DNA of 64,000 nt from Squalus acanthias (lineage: Eukaryota). The notes below the pieces were generated by a model. That model saw nothing but the letters and a program-made list of their open reading frames with translations, was not told the DNA's origin and did not search any database. Shown here piece by piece: positions 37,801 to 49,389 of this stretch (positions are counted from its first letter, which is position 1; every line of letters begins with the position of its first letter). The DNA lies in the NCBI GenBank assembly GCA_030390025.1, contig JASTWF010000323.1:186001-250000 (forward strand), given 5' to 3'. Both the position numbers and the translations under genes were made by a program.

Positions 37801-38330
37801 CCGCACCCTGCACGATTTCCTGTCCTTCTCTCTCTCCCCCTCACCGAGTTACTGTCCTTCTCTCCCCCCCACGAGTTCCTTTCCTTCTCTCTCGCCCCTC
37901 CGAGTTCCTGTCCTTCTCTCTCCCACCCTCTGAGTTCCTGTCCTTCTCTCTCGCCCCCTCCGAGTTCCTGTCCTTTTCTCTGCCCCCCCCCGAGTTCCTG
38001 TCCTTCTCTCTCCCCCCGAGTCCCTGACCTTCTCTCCCGCCCCCGAGTTCCTGTCCTTCTCGCCCCCCCCTGAGTTCCTGTCCTTCTCTCTCCCCCCTCC
38101 GAGTTCCTGTCCTTCTCTCTCTCCCGCCCCCGAGCACCTGACCTTCTCTCTCTCCCGCCCCCGAGTACCTGTCCTTTTCTCTCCCCTCCGAGTTCCTGAC
38201 CTTTTCTCTCCACGTCCCGCGTTCCTGACCTTCTCTCCAACCCCCGAGTTCATGACCTTCACTCCCTCCCCGCGAGTTCCTGACCTTATCTCCGCCCCCA
38301 CCCCTGAGTTCCTGATCTTTGCCCCCCCTA
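34860..38330. repeat. ~27-30-bp pyrimidine-rich satellite (CCCGAGTTCCTG[A/T]CCTTCTCTCCCC), intronic
   Basis: More than 100 copies of the gagttcctg core. Confidence 0.95.
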
Positions 38331-38341
38331 CCCCAATGTAC

Positions 38342-38505
38342 CTGTACAATAAGCCATGTTACACCTGTATGCCGGCTTCAACTCATAAACAAAGTAAGTG
38401 GTGCAGTTTTTGATCTTTATCTTCACGGTCGCTTCACAGTGATTTCCAGCCCCGGTAAAACAAACTTTCCTCTCCACTTCTCCATCTCCCACGGTGGGAT
38501 GAGAC
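38342..38505 (-). CDS. D8C module 2, exon C: HPTVGDGEVERKVCFTGAGNHCEATVKIKIKNCTTYFVYELKPAYRCNMAYCT (apparent 1-nt deletion at the exon start)
   Basis: Aligns to the UMOD/GP2 D8C C-half (HP..G.V.R..C..C..VK.C..YYVY.L..C..AYCT); 164 nt versus 165 nt in the paralogous exon. Confidence 0.85.
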
Positions 38506-38598
38506 CTGAAACGAGGTTTGTAAATATTGAAGAATGTAAGCGAGGTGAACAGTGCTGGACAGTGAATGTAAATCTGAGATTATAAAGTCTGAAATTAC

Positions 38599-38675
38599 CG
38601 TTTAACCAGCCCGAGAGGTGTGTGGAGCAGTGAAGGTGTGTAACCTGAGTCTCGGGAATCTCCCATCCACCAGAA
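38599..38675 (-). CDS. D8C module 2, exon B (77 nt, phase 2 to 1): SGGWEIPETQVTHLHCSTHLSGWLN
   Basis: Acceptor ttgttcttccag, donor gtaatt; matches UMOD GG.RM.ET....RC.T..P.WLNG. Confidence 0.88.
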
Positions 38676-38969
38676 CTGGAAGAACAATTAAAGAGTCAGC
38701 CCTGAACTGATGACTCATAATAACTGACAGAAAGAAAAGGAACTGATTGGTCAGTAAAGATCACACCGTATTTCTGGTCTTCAAGTTAGGGGCTGGGGTG
38801 AAATAGTTGCTTCGGGTTAAAGCTGGATCTTGGAGTTTAGTATTAATACTATATTAATTTAGTAACAGTTAATACTGTATTAAATTATTAACTGTTAATT
38901 AGATATGATATTACTAATTTTAATTAGGTACCCCTTAGTCTAAAGTTTATGTAAAGTTAGTTAATAGTC

Positions 38970-41900
38970 CAATAAATGGAGGCATGGCAGGGCTGCTCAG
39001 TCCCATGGAATGCACTTCCTGCGCCATGTGCGGATTTCCAGGACGCTTCCCGTGTCCTGGACAACCACGTGTGCAACAGATGTTGTCAGCTGGAGGAGCT
39101 CGAGCTCCGGGTTTCGGAGCTTGAGCAGCCGCTGGCGTCAGTGCGGTGCATCCGCCAGGCTGAGAGCTACGTGGATAGCACGTTTCTGGAATTGGTCACC
39201 ACGCTGCTAAGGAGTGAACAGGCAGAGTAGGAATGCGTGACCCACAGACGGAAGAGGAGTTCCAGGCAGTTAGTGCAGGAGTCCCCTGAGTGCTTACCTG
39301 TTCTGAGTACAGGAGAGGACAATGGTTCCTCTGGGGAGTACAGCCAGGTCAATTCCATGTCACCACAGGTATCTCAGCTGTACAGGGGTGGGATCAGGAA
39401 GATAGGGAAAGCAATAGTGGCAGGGGCTTCGAGTTAGGGGATCAGACAGGCGTTTCTGCGACCGCAGAATTTACTCCAGGATGTTATGTCGTCTCCCTGG
39501 TTCCAGGGTTAAGGATGTCACTGAGTGGCTGCAGAACATTCTGAGGGGGGGAAGCTGAACAGCCCGAGGTCGTGGTCCATATCGCTACTGACAACATATG
39601 TAGAAGGAGGGATGAGGTCCTGCAGCACATTTTAGGGATCGAGGAAATAAATTAAAAAGCAGGACCGCAAAGGTTGTAATCTCTGGAATACTACCGGTGG
39701 CACACGCGAGTGAGTATAGCAATTGAGGGATAGAGGAGATGAATGCGTGGCTGGAGGAATGGTGCAGTAGGGAGGGCTTCAGATTCCTGGGGCATTGCGG
39801 CCTGTTCTGGGGAAGGTGAGACCCTGTACAGGCCGGCAGGTTACACCTCAACAGAGGCGGTACAAATATGCTCGCGGGGATGTTTGCTCGTGCTGTTGGA
39901 GAGGGTTTAAACTAGGTTGGCAGTGTGATGGGCCCCGGATGTAGCATTAGTAAGGAGAAACAAAGGGCACAAATGATTGCGAGAGATGGATAGAGCTAAA
40001 GTAAGAAACAGTAAGATATTAGGTGGTGTCAGACTAAAAGAGAACACAGGATGGTCTACGACAGGTTTACAGTGTATGTATGTGAACGCACGAAGCATAG
40101 TAAACAATGTTGGTGAGCTGCAGGCGCAAATAGCCACATGGGAGCATGATGTTTTGGCAACAAAGGATACCTAGCTCAAACAAGTGCAGGATTGGGTATT
40201 AAATAGTTCTAGTTGTAAGTAGTTCAGGAAAGATATGGAAGGAAAGATATGAGGTAGTGAAGGAGAATTTTACAGTGCTGGAGAGAAAGGATGTCCTGGA
40301 GGTTTCAAGGACAGAATCTATATAGATTGAGATAAGAAATAATAGTGTATTCTATCGGCCACCAAATATTGGCAAAAATATGGTGGAGCCAATTTTGCAG
40401 AGAAATTACAGTGAGATGCAAGAACTATGGAGTAGTGATAATGGGGGACTTCAACAATCCTAATATAGACTGGGATAGTAATATTGTAAAGGGCAGAGAG
40501 GGGGAAGAATTTCTGAAGTGTGTTCAGGGGAACTTTCATGATCAGTATCTTCTTGCCAAAAGAGGAAGGAGGCAATGCTGGTTCTGGTTCTGGGGAATGA
40601 GGTCGGTCAAGTGGAGTAAGTGCCACTGGGTAAATATTTAGGGAACAGTGATCATAGTATCATAATGCGGAGATGCGGGTGTTGGACTGGAGTGGACAAA
40701 AGTGAGAAGTCGCACAACAAGGTCCCTCTGATCCTCTGTCCTTCCTAGGGTCCTACCATTCATTGTGTTTTCCCTTGCCTTGTTAGTCCACCCTAAATGC
40801 ATCACCTCACATTTTTCAGGTTATATTCCATGTGTCACCGTTCTGCACATCTGACCAACCCGTCTATATTGTCCTGTAGCCTGAAGCATCCCTCCCCGCT
40901 ATTTACCACTGCACCAATTTTCGTGTCATCTGCGAACGTACTGATCATACCTCCTACATTCATATCTAAATCATTAATGTACACTACAAACAGCAATGGG
41001 CCCATCACCGATCCCTGCGGTACGCCACTGGAAACAGGCTTCCAGTCACAAAAACAACCTTCGAACATCACCCTCTGCCTCCTGCCACTAAGCCAAATTT
41101 GGATCCAATGTGCCAAATTGCCCTGAATGCCATTAGAGTCCAAAAAGGAGAACTTCGCATGGAGGTAGAGGGCATGGTTCAGGTGAGAAATGAGCACTTT
41201 GCAGCTGTCTTCACCAAGGAATAACATGCTGCCATAGACATAGTGAAGGATGAGTTAAAGGAAATACAGGATGGGATAAAAATTGATAAAGAGACGGTAC
41301 TAGAAAGGCTGGCGGTACTTAATGTAGGTAAGTCACCAGGACCAGATGGGATGCATCCTAGGACGCTGAGGGGAGTGAAGGAAGAAATCACAGAGGTTCA
41401 GGCCGTAATCTTCCAATACTCGTTCGAAACGGGGTTGGTGCCAGAGGACTGGAGAATTGAAAAAGTTACTACCTTGTACAAAAAAGTGAGTAAAGATAAA
41501 TTCAGCAACTGCAAGCCAATCTGCTTAAACTCGGTATTGGGGAAGCATTTAGAAATAATAATCAGGATCAAAATTAACAGTCACTTGGACAAGTGTGGAT
41601 TAATTTAGGAAGGCCAGCACGGATCTTTTCAAGGCAAATCGTGTTCAACTATCATTGATCATTTTTTGATGAGGTAACAGAGAGGGTTGATGAGGGCAAT
41701 GCGGTTGACGTGGTGTACCTGGATTTTCAAAAGGCATTCGACATAGTGCCACGTCATAGTGTTGCCAGCAAAGCTGAAGCCCATAGGATAAAAGGGACAA
41801 TAGCAGCATGGACACAACATTGGCTAAGTGACAGGAATCAGAGAGTAGTGGTGAACGGTTGTTTGTCGGACTGAAGGAAGGCATACAGTGGTGTTTCCCA

Positions 41901-42866
41901 GGGTCGGTTCTAGGACCACTATTTTTCTAGATATATATTAACGAATTGGATGTGCGTGTACAGGGCCCAATTTCAAAATTTGCACATGATACAATACTTG
42001 GAATTATAGTGAACAGTGAAGAGGATAGTGATGGACTTCAAGAGGACAGAGACAGGCTGGTGGAATGGGCGGACATTTGCAGATTAAATTTATTGCAGAA
42101 AACTGCGAAGTGATACATTTTGGTCGAAAAGAAGAGCAGAGGAATTATAACCTAAAGGGTACAAACCTAAAGGGAGAACAACGGATACATGTGCTTAAAT
42201 CGTTTAACTTGGCAGGACAGATTGAAAAAGCTTACGGAATATTTTGCTTTTTAAATAGAGGTATAGAGTATAAAGCATGGAAATTATTTCGAACTTGTAT
42301 AATACACTCGTTCGGCCTCAAATGGAGTATTGTGTCCAATTCAGGGCACTGTACTCGATGAAATTTGTGAATACCTTAGCGAGGTGCAGAAAAGATTTAA
42401 GAGAATGTTTCCAGGGATGAGGGACTTCAGTTACGTGGATTGACTGGAGAAACAGGCGTTGTTCTCCTTAGAGCAGAAAAGATTGAGAGGAGATTTGAAA
42501 AAGGCGTTGAAAATGAGGAGAGGTCTGCACAGAGTAGACAGAGAGAAACGGTACCCATTGGCAGCAGGGTTGAGAACAAGAGGACACAAATTTAAGGTGA
42601 TTGGCAAAAGAACCAAAGGCGACAAAGGAAAAAAATACTCAGCGAGTTGTTAGGATCTGGAATGCATTGCCTGAAACTTTGGTGAAGGCAGACTCAATCA
42701 CATCTTTCAGAAGGGAGTTGGATGAGCACCTGAAAGAAAATAAATGCAGGGCTACGGGGAAAGGGCAGGAGATTGGGATTAACTGAAGTGCTCTTGCAGA
42801 GAACCGGTATTGTCTCGACGGGCCGAAAATCCTTCTTCCGTGCTGTAACAATTCTATGATTCTATG
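38970..42866 (+). mobile_element. Near full-length decayed CR1 LINE (ORF1 zinc finger + esterase, ORF2), interrupted at ~40666-41133 by an inverted CR1 fragment
   Basis: CxxC motifs, SGNH esterase-like ORF1, APE and RT motifs; 3' end ttctatgattctatga. Confidence 0.9.
40720..41133 (-). mobile_element. Inverted CR1 RT fragment nested in the CR1
   Basis: Peptide SGVPQGSVMGPLLFVVYINDLD..FADDTK. Confidence 0.9.
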
Positions 42867-42899
42867 AAAGACTGGGACCCGCAGAGAGTATTGTAAACT

Positions 42900-43120
42900 G
42901 GGGTCCATCCTTTACTCTCTGTTCTCGATCTATATTCCTCTCTATTCCGAATAACTCCCTTTACTTCTGTTCTCGATCTATATTTCCCTCTATTCCGGGT
43001 ATCTCCCTTTACTCTCTGTCCCCGTGCTATAACCCCCTCTATCCTAGGTATCCCCTTTACTCTCTGTCCCCGTTCTATATCCCTCTCTAACCTGGGATTC
43101 TCCCTTTACACACTGTTTCT
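42900..43120. repeat. ~49-bp minisatellite (ccctttactctctgtccccgttctatattcctctctatcccgggtatct)
   Basis: 4-5 copies; a longer paralogous array lies at 53340-53880. Confidence 0.8.
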
Positions 43121-43291
43121 CTATAGAGACCGGTTGTTCAAATTTCGCTATATCCACTCCCTGTCCAATTGCTCTGAATGATTATCTCTGTCTCCCTGCA
43201 GTAAGCATTCCTACTCGCAACCTTTATTCGCTTTTGTACATTTACTCCTCGCTTATCGACTAGTTTATCATTAAATTTCCACTCACATTAC

Positions 43292-43430
43292 CTTTTAAAT
43301 CTGTACCATCCGTAGGCAACATCCCAATCACATTTCTTTTGTTTATAGCACTGAGTCCCACTACAGTCCGTGCTCCTCCAGGGCTGGTTCAGGACTGTGT
43401 GATGTTCACACGGCTCAGTGAGTGCGGAGT
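43292..43430 (-). CDS. D8C module 2, exon A (139 nt, phase 1 to 2): (D)SALTEPCEHHTVLNQPWRSTDCSGTQCYKQKKCDWDVAYGWYRFK
   Basis: Acceptor ctttctgtcactcagtcccag, donor AAG|gtaatg; matches UMOD DPC..H..L...WRST.....CD....GWYRF. Confidence 0.9.
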
Positions 43431-43477
43431 CTGGGACTGAGTGACAGAAAGATTTTTAATGTTAATATAAAATAATA

Positions 43478-46072
43478 AGAAAGAAACCGGACGGACCACC
43501 CGGCATCGACATCGGCACCGGCTACGGACATGGCACGCCCAGCCCAATCTACCCTGCAAAGTCCTCCTCACCAACATCTGGGGATTGTGCCAAAATTGGG
43601 AGAGCTGTCCCACAGACTAGTCAAACAACAGCCTGACATAGTCATACTCACAGAATCATACATTTCAGTAAATGTCCCAAACTCCTCCATCACCATCCTC
43701 AGTTATGTCATGTCCCAGCAGCAGGGCAGACCCACCAGGAGTGGCCGCACCGTGGTATACAGTCGGAAAGGAGTGGGCTTGGGGGTCCTCAACATTGACT
43801 CCGGACCCCATGAAGTCTCATGGCTTCAGGTCAAGCATGGGGAAGGAAACCTTCTGCTGATTACTACCTACCTCCCTGATGAATCTGTATTCCACCTTGT
43901 TGCACACCACTTGAAGAAGCACTAAAAATAGCAAGGACACATAATGTACTCTGGGTGGGAGACTTCAATGTCCAACACCAAGAATGGCTCAGTAGCACCA
44001 CTATTGACCGAGCTGGCCACGTCCTGAAGGACATAACTGCCAGTCTGGGCCTACGACAGGTGGTGAGAGAACCAACACAAGGGAAAAACCTACTTGATCC
44101 CGTCCTCACCAATCTACCTGTCACAGATGCAACTGTACATGACAGTATTGGTAGCAGTGACAACTGCACAGTCATTGTGGAGACGAAGTCCCGTCTTCAC
44201 ACTGAGGACACCCTCCCTCCTGTTGTGTGGCACTGCCACTGTGCTAAATGGGATAGATTCAGAACAGATCTAGCAGCTCGAAAATGGGCATCCATGAGGC
44301 GCTGTGGGACATCAGCAGAACTGAATTCAAACCCAATCTGTAACCTCATGGACCGGCATATCCCTCACTCTACCATTACCATCAAGCCAGGGGACCAACC
44401 CTGGTTCAATAAGGAGTGTAGAAGAGCATGCCAGGAGCAGGACGAGGCACATCTAAAAATGAGGTGCCAAACTGGGGAAGCTGCAACACAGGACTCTATG
44501 CATGCTAAAAGGATCAAGCAACATGCTACAGACAGGGGTAAGAGATCCCACAATTAACGGATCAGATCAATGCTCTGCAGTCCTGCCACATCCTGTCGTG
44601 AATGGTGGTGGACCATTAAACAACTAACGGGAGGAGGAGGCTTCTTGAATATCCTCATCCTTAATGATGGTGGAGCCCAGCACGTGAGTGCAAAAGAAAA
44701 GACTGAAGCGTTTTCAACCATGTTCAGCCAGAAGTGCCGAGTTGCTGATCCATATCGGCCTCCTCCTGAGGTCCCCAAAATCACAGAACCCAGCTTTCAG
44801 CCAATTCGATTCACTTCACGTGATATCATGAAACGGCTCAGCGCCTTGGATACATCAAAAGCTATGGGCCCTGACAACATTGCGGCTATCATGCTGAAGA
44901 CATGTGCTCCAGAACAAGCCGCGCCTCTAGACAAGCTGCTCCAGTACAGCTACAACACTGGCATCTATCCGATAATGTGAAAAACTGCCCAGGAATGCCC
45001 TGTCCTCAAAAAGCAGGGCAAATCTAAACCGGCCAATTACTGCCCCATCAGTCTTCTCTCAATCATCAGCAAAGTGATGGAAGGTGTCACCGTCAGTGCT
45101 ATTAGCGGCACTTACTCAACAGGAACCTGCTCACTGATGCCCAGTTTGGGTTTCGCCAAGACCACTCTGCTCCACACATCATTACAGTCTTTTTCCGAAC
45201 ATGGACAAAGGAGCTGATTTCCAGACGTGAAGTGAGAGTGACAGCCCTAGACTTCAAGGCAGCATTTGACCGAGTGTGGCATGAAGGAGCCATAGTAAAA
45301 CTGAGGTCAATGGGAATCGGGGGAAAAACTCTCCACTGGCTGGAGTCTTACCCAGCACAAAGGAAAATGGTTGTGGTGATAGAAGGTCAATTATCACAGC
45401 ACTAGACAAAGCCGTTCGCCAGAAACGTCACTGGGCCAGACACATAAATACTGTGGAAACAAGAGCAGGTCAGAGGCTAGGTATTCTGTGGCGAGTGTCT
45501 AACCTCCTGACTCCCCAAAGCCTTTCTACCATCTACAAGGCAAAAGTAAGGAGTGTGATGGAATACTCTCCACTTGCCTGGATGAGTGCAACACAAACAA
45601 CACTCAAGAAGCTTGAAATCATGCAGGACAAAGCAGCCCGCTTGATTGCCACCCCATCCACCACCTCAAAGATTCACTCCCTCCACCACCGGCGCACCGT
45701 GGATGCAGTGTGTACTATCTACAAGATGCACTGAAGCAACTCGCCAAGGCTTCTTCTGCAGCACCTCACACACCCGCGACCTCTTCCACCTAGAAGGACA
45801 AGGGCAGCAGGCGCATGGGAACACCACCACCTCCAAGTTCCTCTCCAAGTCACACACCATCCTAACTTAGAAGTATATCGCCAATCCTTCATCGTCGCTG
45901 GGTCAAAATCCTAGAACTCCATACCTAACTGCACTGTGGGAGTATATTCACCACACGGACTGCAGCGTTTCAAGAAGGCGGATCACCACCACCTTCTCGG
46001 GGGCAATCAGGGATCGGCAATAAATGCTGGCCTTGCCAGCGACGCCCACATCACACAAACGAATAAAAAAAT
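43478..46072 (+). mobile_element. Non-LTR retrotransposon (APE + RT, CR1/jockey group, distinct from the HER1-like CR1s), decayed, with an internal deletion in RT
   Basis: Peptides PDIVILTES, GDFN..H.EW, GPDNI and ALDFKAAFDRVWH; 3' AATAAA and poly(A); absent from the paralogous duplication copy. Confidence 0.88.
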
Positions 46073-46605
46073 AAAGATCAGTTAATATTACACAGCGGCT
46101 TGTAACACCCGAAGCAGCAATAACCTCAGTCTCACTCTCCGCCCTGGTAGAAAATCACCCAAATTAAAGCTGGAAACTTGTCAACTTCTGTAAGCCAGGT
46201 TTCAATCTGTCTCCCAGCCCAGCCTTTAGCTCACTGCTCACAGACAGTCCTCCCTATTCTAGATTGACCCTTAGCTCTCAGGTAACAGAAAGCAGCAGTA
46301 ACTTCAGCTTCACTTCGTCCAATAGAAAAGCTGCAAATTTAAAGCTGGAATTTAGCGAGTCTCTAAATAGGCTTTAATCTACGTCACTGAAATTTGGTTT
46401 CCGTTTTACTTCTATTAACACAGAGATTCGGGAAGTTCAACTTACTCTCACCCATTCTCTCCCTCCTCACAGACTGATCTCTCTGTTCTACATTAACTGT
46501 TATGTCCAGCTACAGAACGCCGTGTGCCCGAGTAAGTTTCAAGCTGCAGTTCCCGCGGGAACCTCCAACATTTGGGACCCTCCTCCTGCATCTGCAGACT
46601 GAGCT

Positions 46606-46895
46606 GGTGAACAGAGTGCAGATGGTGAGGGACACTCAATGGTCAGTGAGAGATATCCTGAGGTTTCTCTGTCCCCAGGAGAACACTGAGTGCAGATGGT
46701 GAGGGGCACTCGATGGTCAGTGAGTGATATCATGGGGTATCTCAGTCCCCAGGTAAACAGAGTAGAGATGGTGAGGGACACTCGAAGGTCAGTGAGAGAT
46801 ATCCTGAGGTTTCTCAGTCCCCAGGTAAACAGAGTAGAGATGGTGAGGGACACTCGAAGGTCAGTGAAAGATGTCATGGGATATCTCAGTCCTGG
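46606..46895. repeat. 72-74-bp minisatellite, 4 copies (3 copies at 54776-54997)
   Basis: Unit gatggtgagggacactcgatggtcagtgagagatatc..gtcccca. Confidence 0.9.
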
Positions 46896-47089
46896 GGTGA
46901 AATTAGATTAAAATAACTGTATTTTGCTGATTCTCCATTTAGAAAATTATAAAATTATATATGTATAGATATTGAATATATTAATGCTGAATATATAATA
47001 AATTGGAAGATGAATATCAAAGATATTTTAATAATATATTATAAAAATTGCAAGATATATATTCTGATTGAAATACTGAATATATGAAT

Positions 47090-47845
47090 GTCATGGCATC
47101 ATGGAATAGTACAGCACTGAAGGAGGTCATTCGGCACATCGCGTCTGCGCTGGCTCTTTCGAATATAAATAGAGTTAGCCCCACTCCCCGATCTTTCCCC
47201 ATAACCAGCATTTTTTCTCTTTCAATATTTTACACAATTCCATTTTGAAGACTGCTACTGAATCTGTTTCCATCACCGTATCAGGCAGTGCTTTCCCAAA
47301 CATGTTCTACCAGCACGTAAACAGAAAGCGCGCAGTAAGAAGCGGGGTGGGGCCTATTAGAGACAAAGAAGGTGATATATGCTTAGAGGCGCAGGCAAGG
47401 CGCGAATACACAATGAGTACTTTGTAACGGTGTTTACTAAGGAAGTGGATGCTGACAAAATATCGGTAGAAGTGGAAACGGTACAAGGAATTGAAGGGCT
47501 GAAAATTGACAGTCAGGATGTACTAGAAAGGCTGGGTATGCTTAGAGTGGACAAGTCGCCTGGTCTAGATGGCTGGCAACCCAGGTTGCTAAAGGAATTG
47601 GGGGAGGAGATAGCTGAAGTAAATGTTCCTCATGTTCTCCTTCCAAGCACATTAAATCTGTGTCCTCTGATTACCGACCCTTCAGCCACTGGAAACAGTT
47701 TCTCCTTATTCACTCTATTAAAACCAGTCATGATATTGAACACATCAATAAAATATCCCGTAATACTCTCTGCTCTAATTGACAAATCCCAGCTTATCCA
47801 GTCTCTCCACACAACTGAAGTCCCTCATACATGGCACCATTCTGC
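47090..47845 (-). mobile_element. CR1 3' end on the minus strand, interrupted by a + strand CR1 fragment (~47300-47620)
   Basis: Reverse CR1 tail; internal LRVDKSPGLDG peptide on the + strand. Confidence 0.75.
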
Positions 47846-48244
47846 TTCTTCCCGATTCCATTACCTAAAAATGTCCTCTCAGCATCACCTCAAAACTGAC
47901 ACATTACTGACACGGAAGAGATTGAACCTGTAAATATTCTGAAACTAACACTCAGTCTCATTAAAGTTCCAGCCATGGTGATGCTTGAATTGCAGTTTAA
48001 ATGCAGAGAACATCGCAGTTCCTTTACTCTCCCAGTGTCAGCGGGTGAGCAGCAGTGAGGTTCTGGGTCATTGACATCCGGTCAGGGGACTCGCAGTGTC
48101 CCGTATCCTGGTTACAAAAACAATCTCCCAGTAAGATCCCATCTGGAATTCTGTGTTCAATTCTGAGCAGAGCAACTCAGGAAGGACATATTGGCCATCA
48201 CTCCAACGCCACCCCTACCCCCAAAATTCCTTATCTTCTCTCCA

Positions 48245-48670
48245 CTGCCGAGTTCCTGACCTTTGCCCCCCGACTTCCTGACCTATGCCCTCGAGTTCCT
48301 GGCCTTTGCCCCCCGAGTTCCTGGCCTTTGCCCCCTCAGAGTTCCTGACTTTTGTCCCCTCAGAGTTCCTGACTTTTGTCCCCCCATTTCCTTACCTTTA
48401 CCTCCCGATTCCCTGACCTTTGTCACCCGATTTCCTTAACTTTGCCTCCTCGCGAGTTCCTGACCTCCCCCCGCCCCCGTTCCTGACCTTTGCCTTCATC
48501 GAGTTCCTGAACATTGCTCCACCCCGATTTCCGGACCTTTGCCACCCACGGATTTCATGACCTATGTCCCACCGTGTTCCTGACCTTTTTGCCCACCCCC
48601 CGATTTCCTGACCTTTGCCACCACCCCCGCGAGTTCCTGAGCTTTCCCCGCTCCCCCCCCCCCGCCACCC
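48245..48670. repeat. Short paralog of the gagttcctgacc satellite
   Basis: Same core and same position relative to D8C exon C as the 34860-38330 array. Confidence 0.9.
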
Positions 48671-48678
48671 CCATGTAC

Positions 48679-48843
48679 CTGTGCAATAAGCCATGTTATA
48701 CCCGGGTGCCGGCTTCAACTCATAAACGAAGTAACTGCTGCAGTTTTTGATCTTTATCTCCCGGTTCCTGTGACAGGGATTTACAAACCCGGTAAAACAA
48801 ACTGTCCTCTCCACTTCTCCCTGTCCAACGGTGGGATGTGCAC
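48679..48843 (-). CDS. D8C module 1, exon C (165 nt, phase 1 to 1): AHPTVGQGEVERTVCFTGFVNPCHRNREIKIKNCSSYFVYELKPAPGYNMAYCT
   Basis: Acceptor cctcgtttcag, donor CAG|gtacat; open; D8C C-half. Confidence 0.9.
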
Positions 48844-48936
48844 CTGAAACGAGGTTTGTAAATACTGAAGAATGTAACCGAGGTGAACAGTGCTGGACAG
48901 TGAATGTAAATCTGAGATTATAAAGTCTGTAATTAC

Positions 48937-49013
48937 CCTTTAACCAGCCTGGGCGGCCTGTGGAGCAGCGACGGACTGAAACCGGAGTCTCTGGAATCTC
49001 CCATCCACCAGAA
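48937..49013 (-). CDS. D8C module 1, exon B (77 nt): SGGWEIPETPVSVRRCSTGRPGWLK
   Basis: Acceptor ttgttgttccag, donor gtaatt; open. Confidence 0.9.
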
Positions 49014-49174
49014 CTGGAACAACAATCACAGAGTCAGCCCCTGAACTGATGGCTCTTATTAACTGACAGAAAGACTGGGAACTGACTGGTTGGTAAAGGT
49101 CACACCGTGTTTCTGCTCTTCAAGTTAGGGGCCGGGGTTAAATAGTTGGTTAGTGTTAAAGCTGGAGCTTGGAG

Positions 49175-49335
49175 ATTAGTAACTGTTAATACTACATTAA
49201 ATTAGTTACTGTTAATACCACGTTAAATTAGTAACTGTAAATACTATATTAAATTAGTAACTGTTAATACTACGTTAAATTAGTAACTGTTAATACTCTA
49301 TTAAATTAGTAAGTGTTAATAACATATATTAATAA
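49175..49335. repeat. 26-bp AT-rich minisatellite (gttaatactatattaaattagtaact); shorter paralog at ~38840-38925
   Basis: About 6 copies. Confidence 0.8.
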
Positions 49336-49389
49336 CTTCAATTGGGTACCCACGTAGAGTTAGTAAAGTTAGGTAATAGTCAAATAAGT

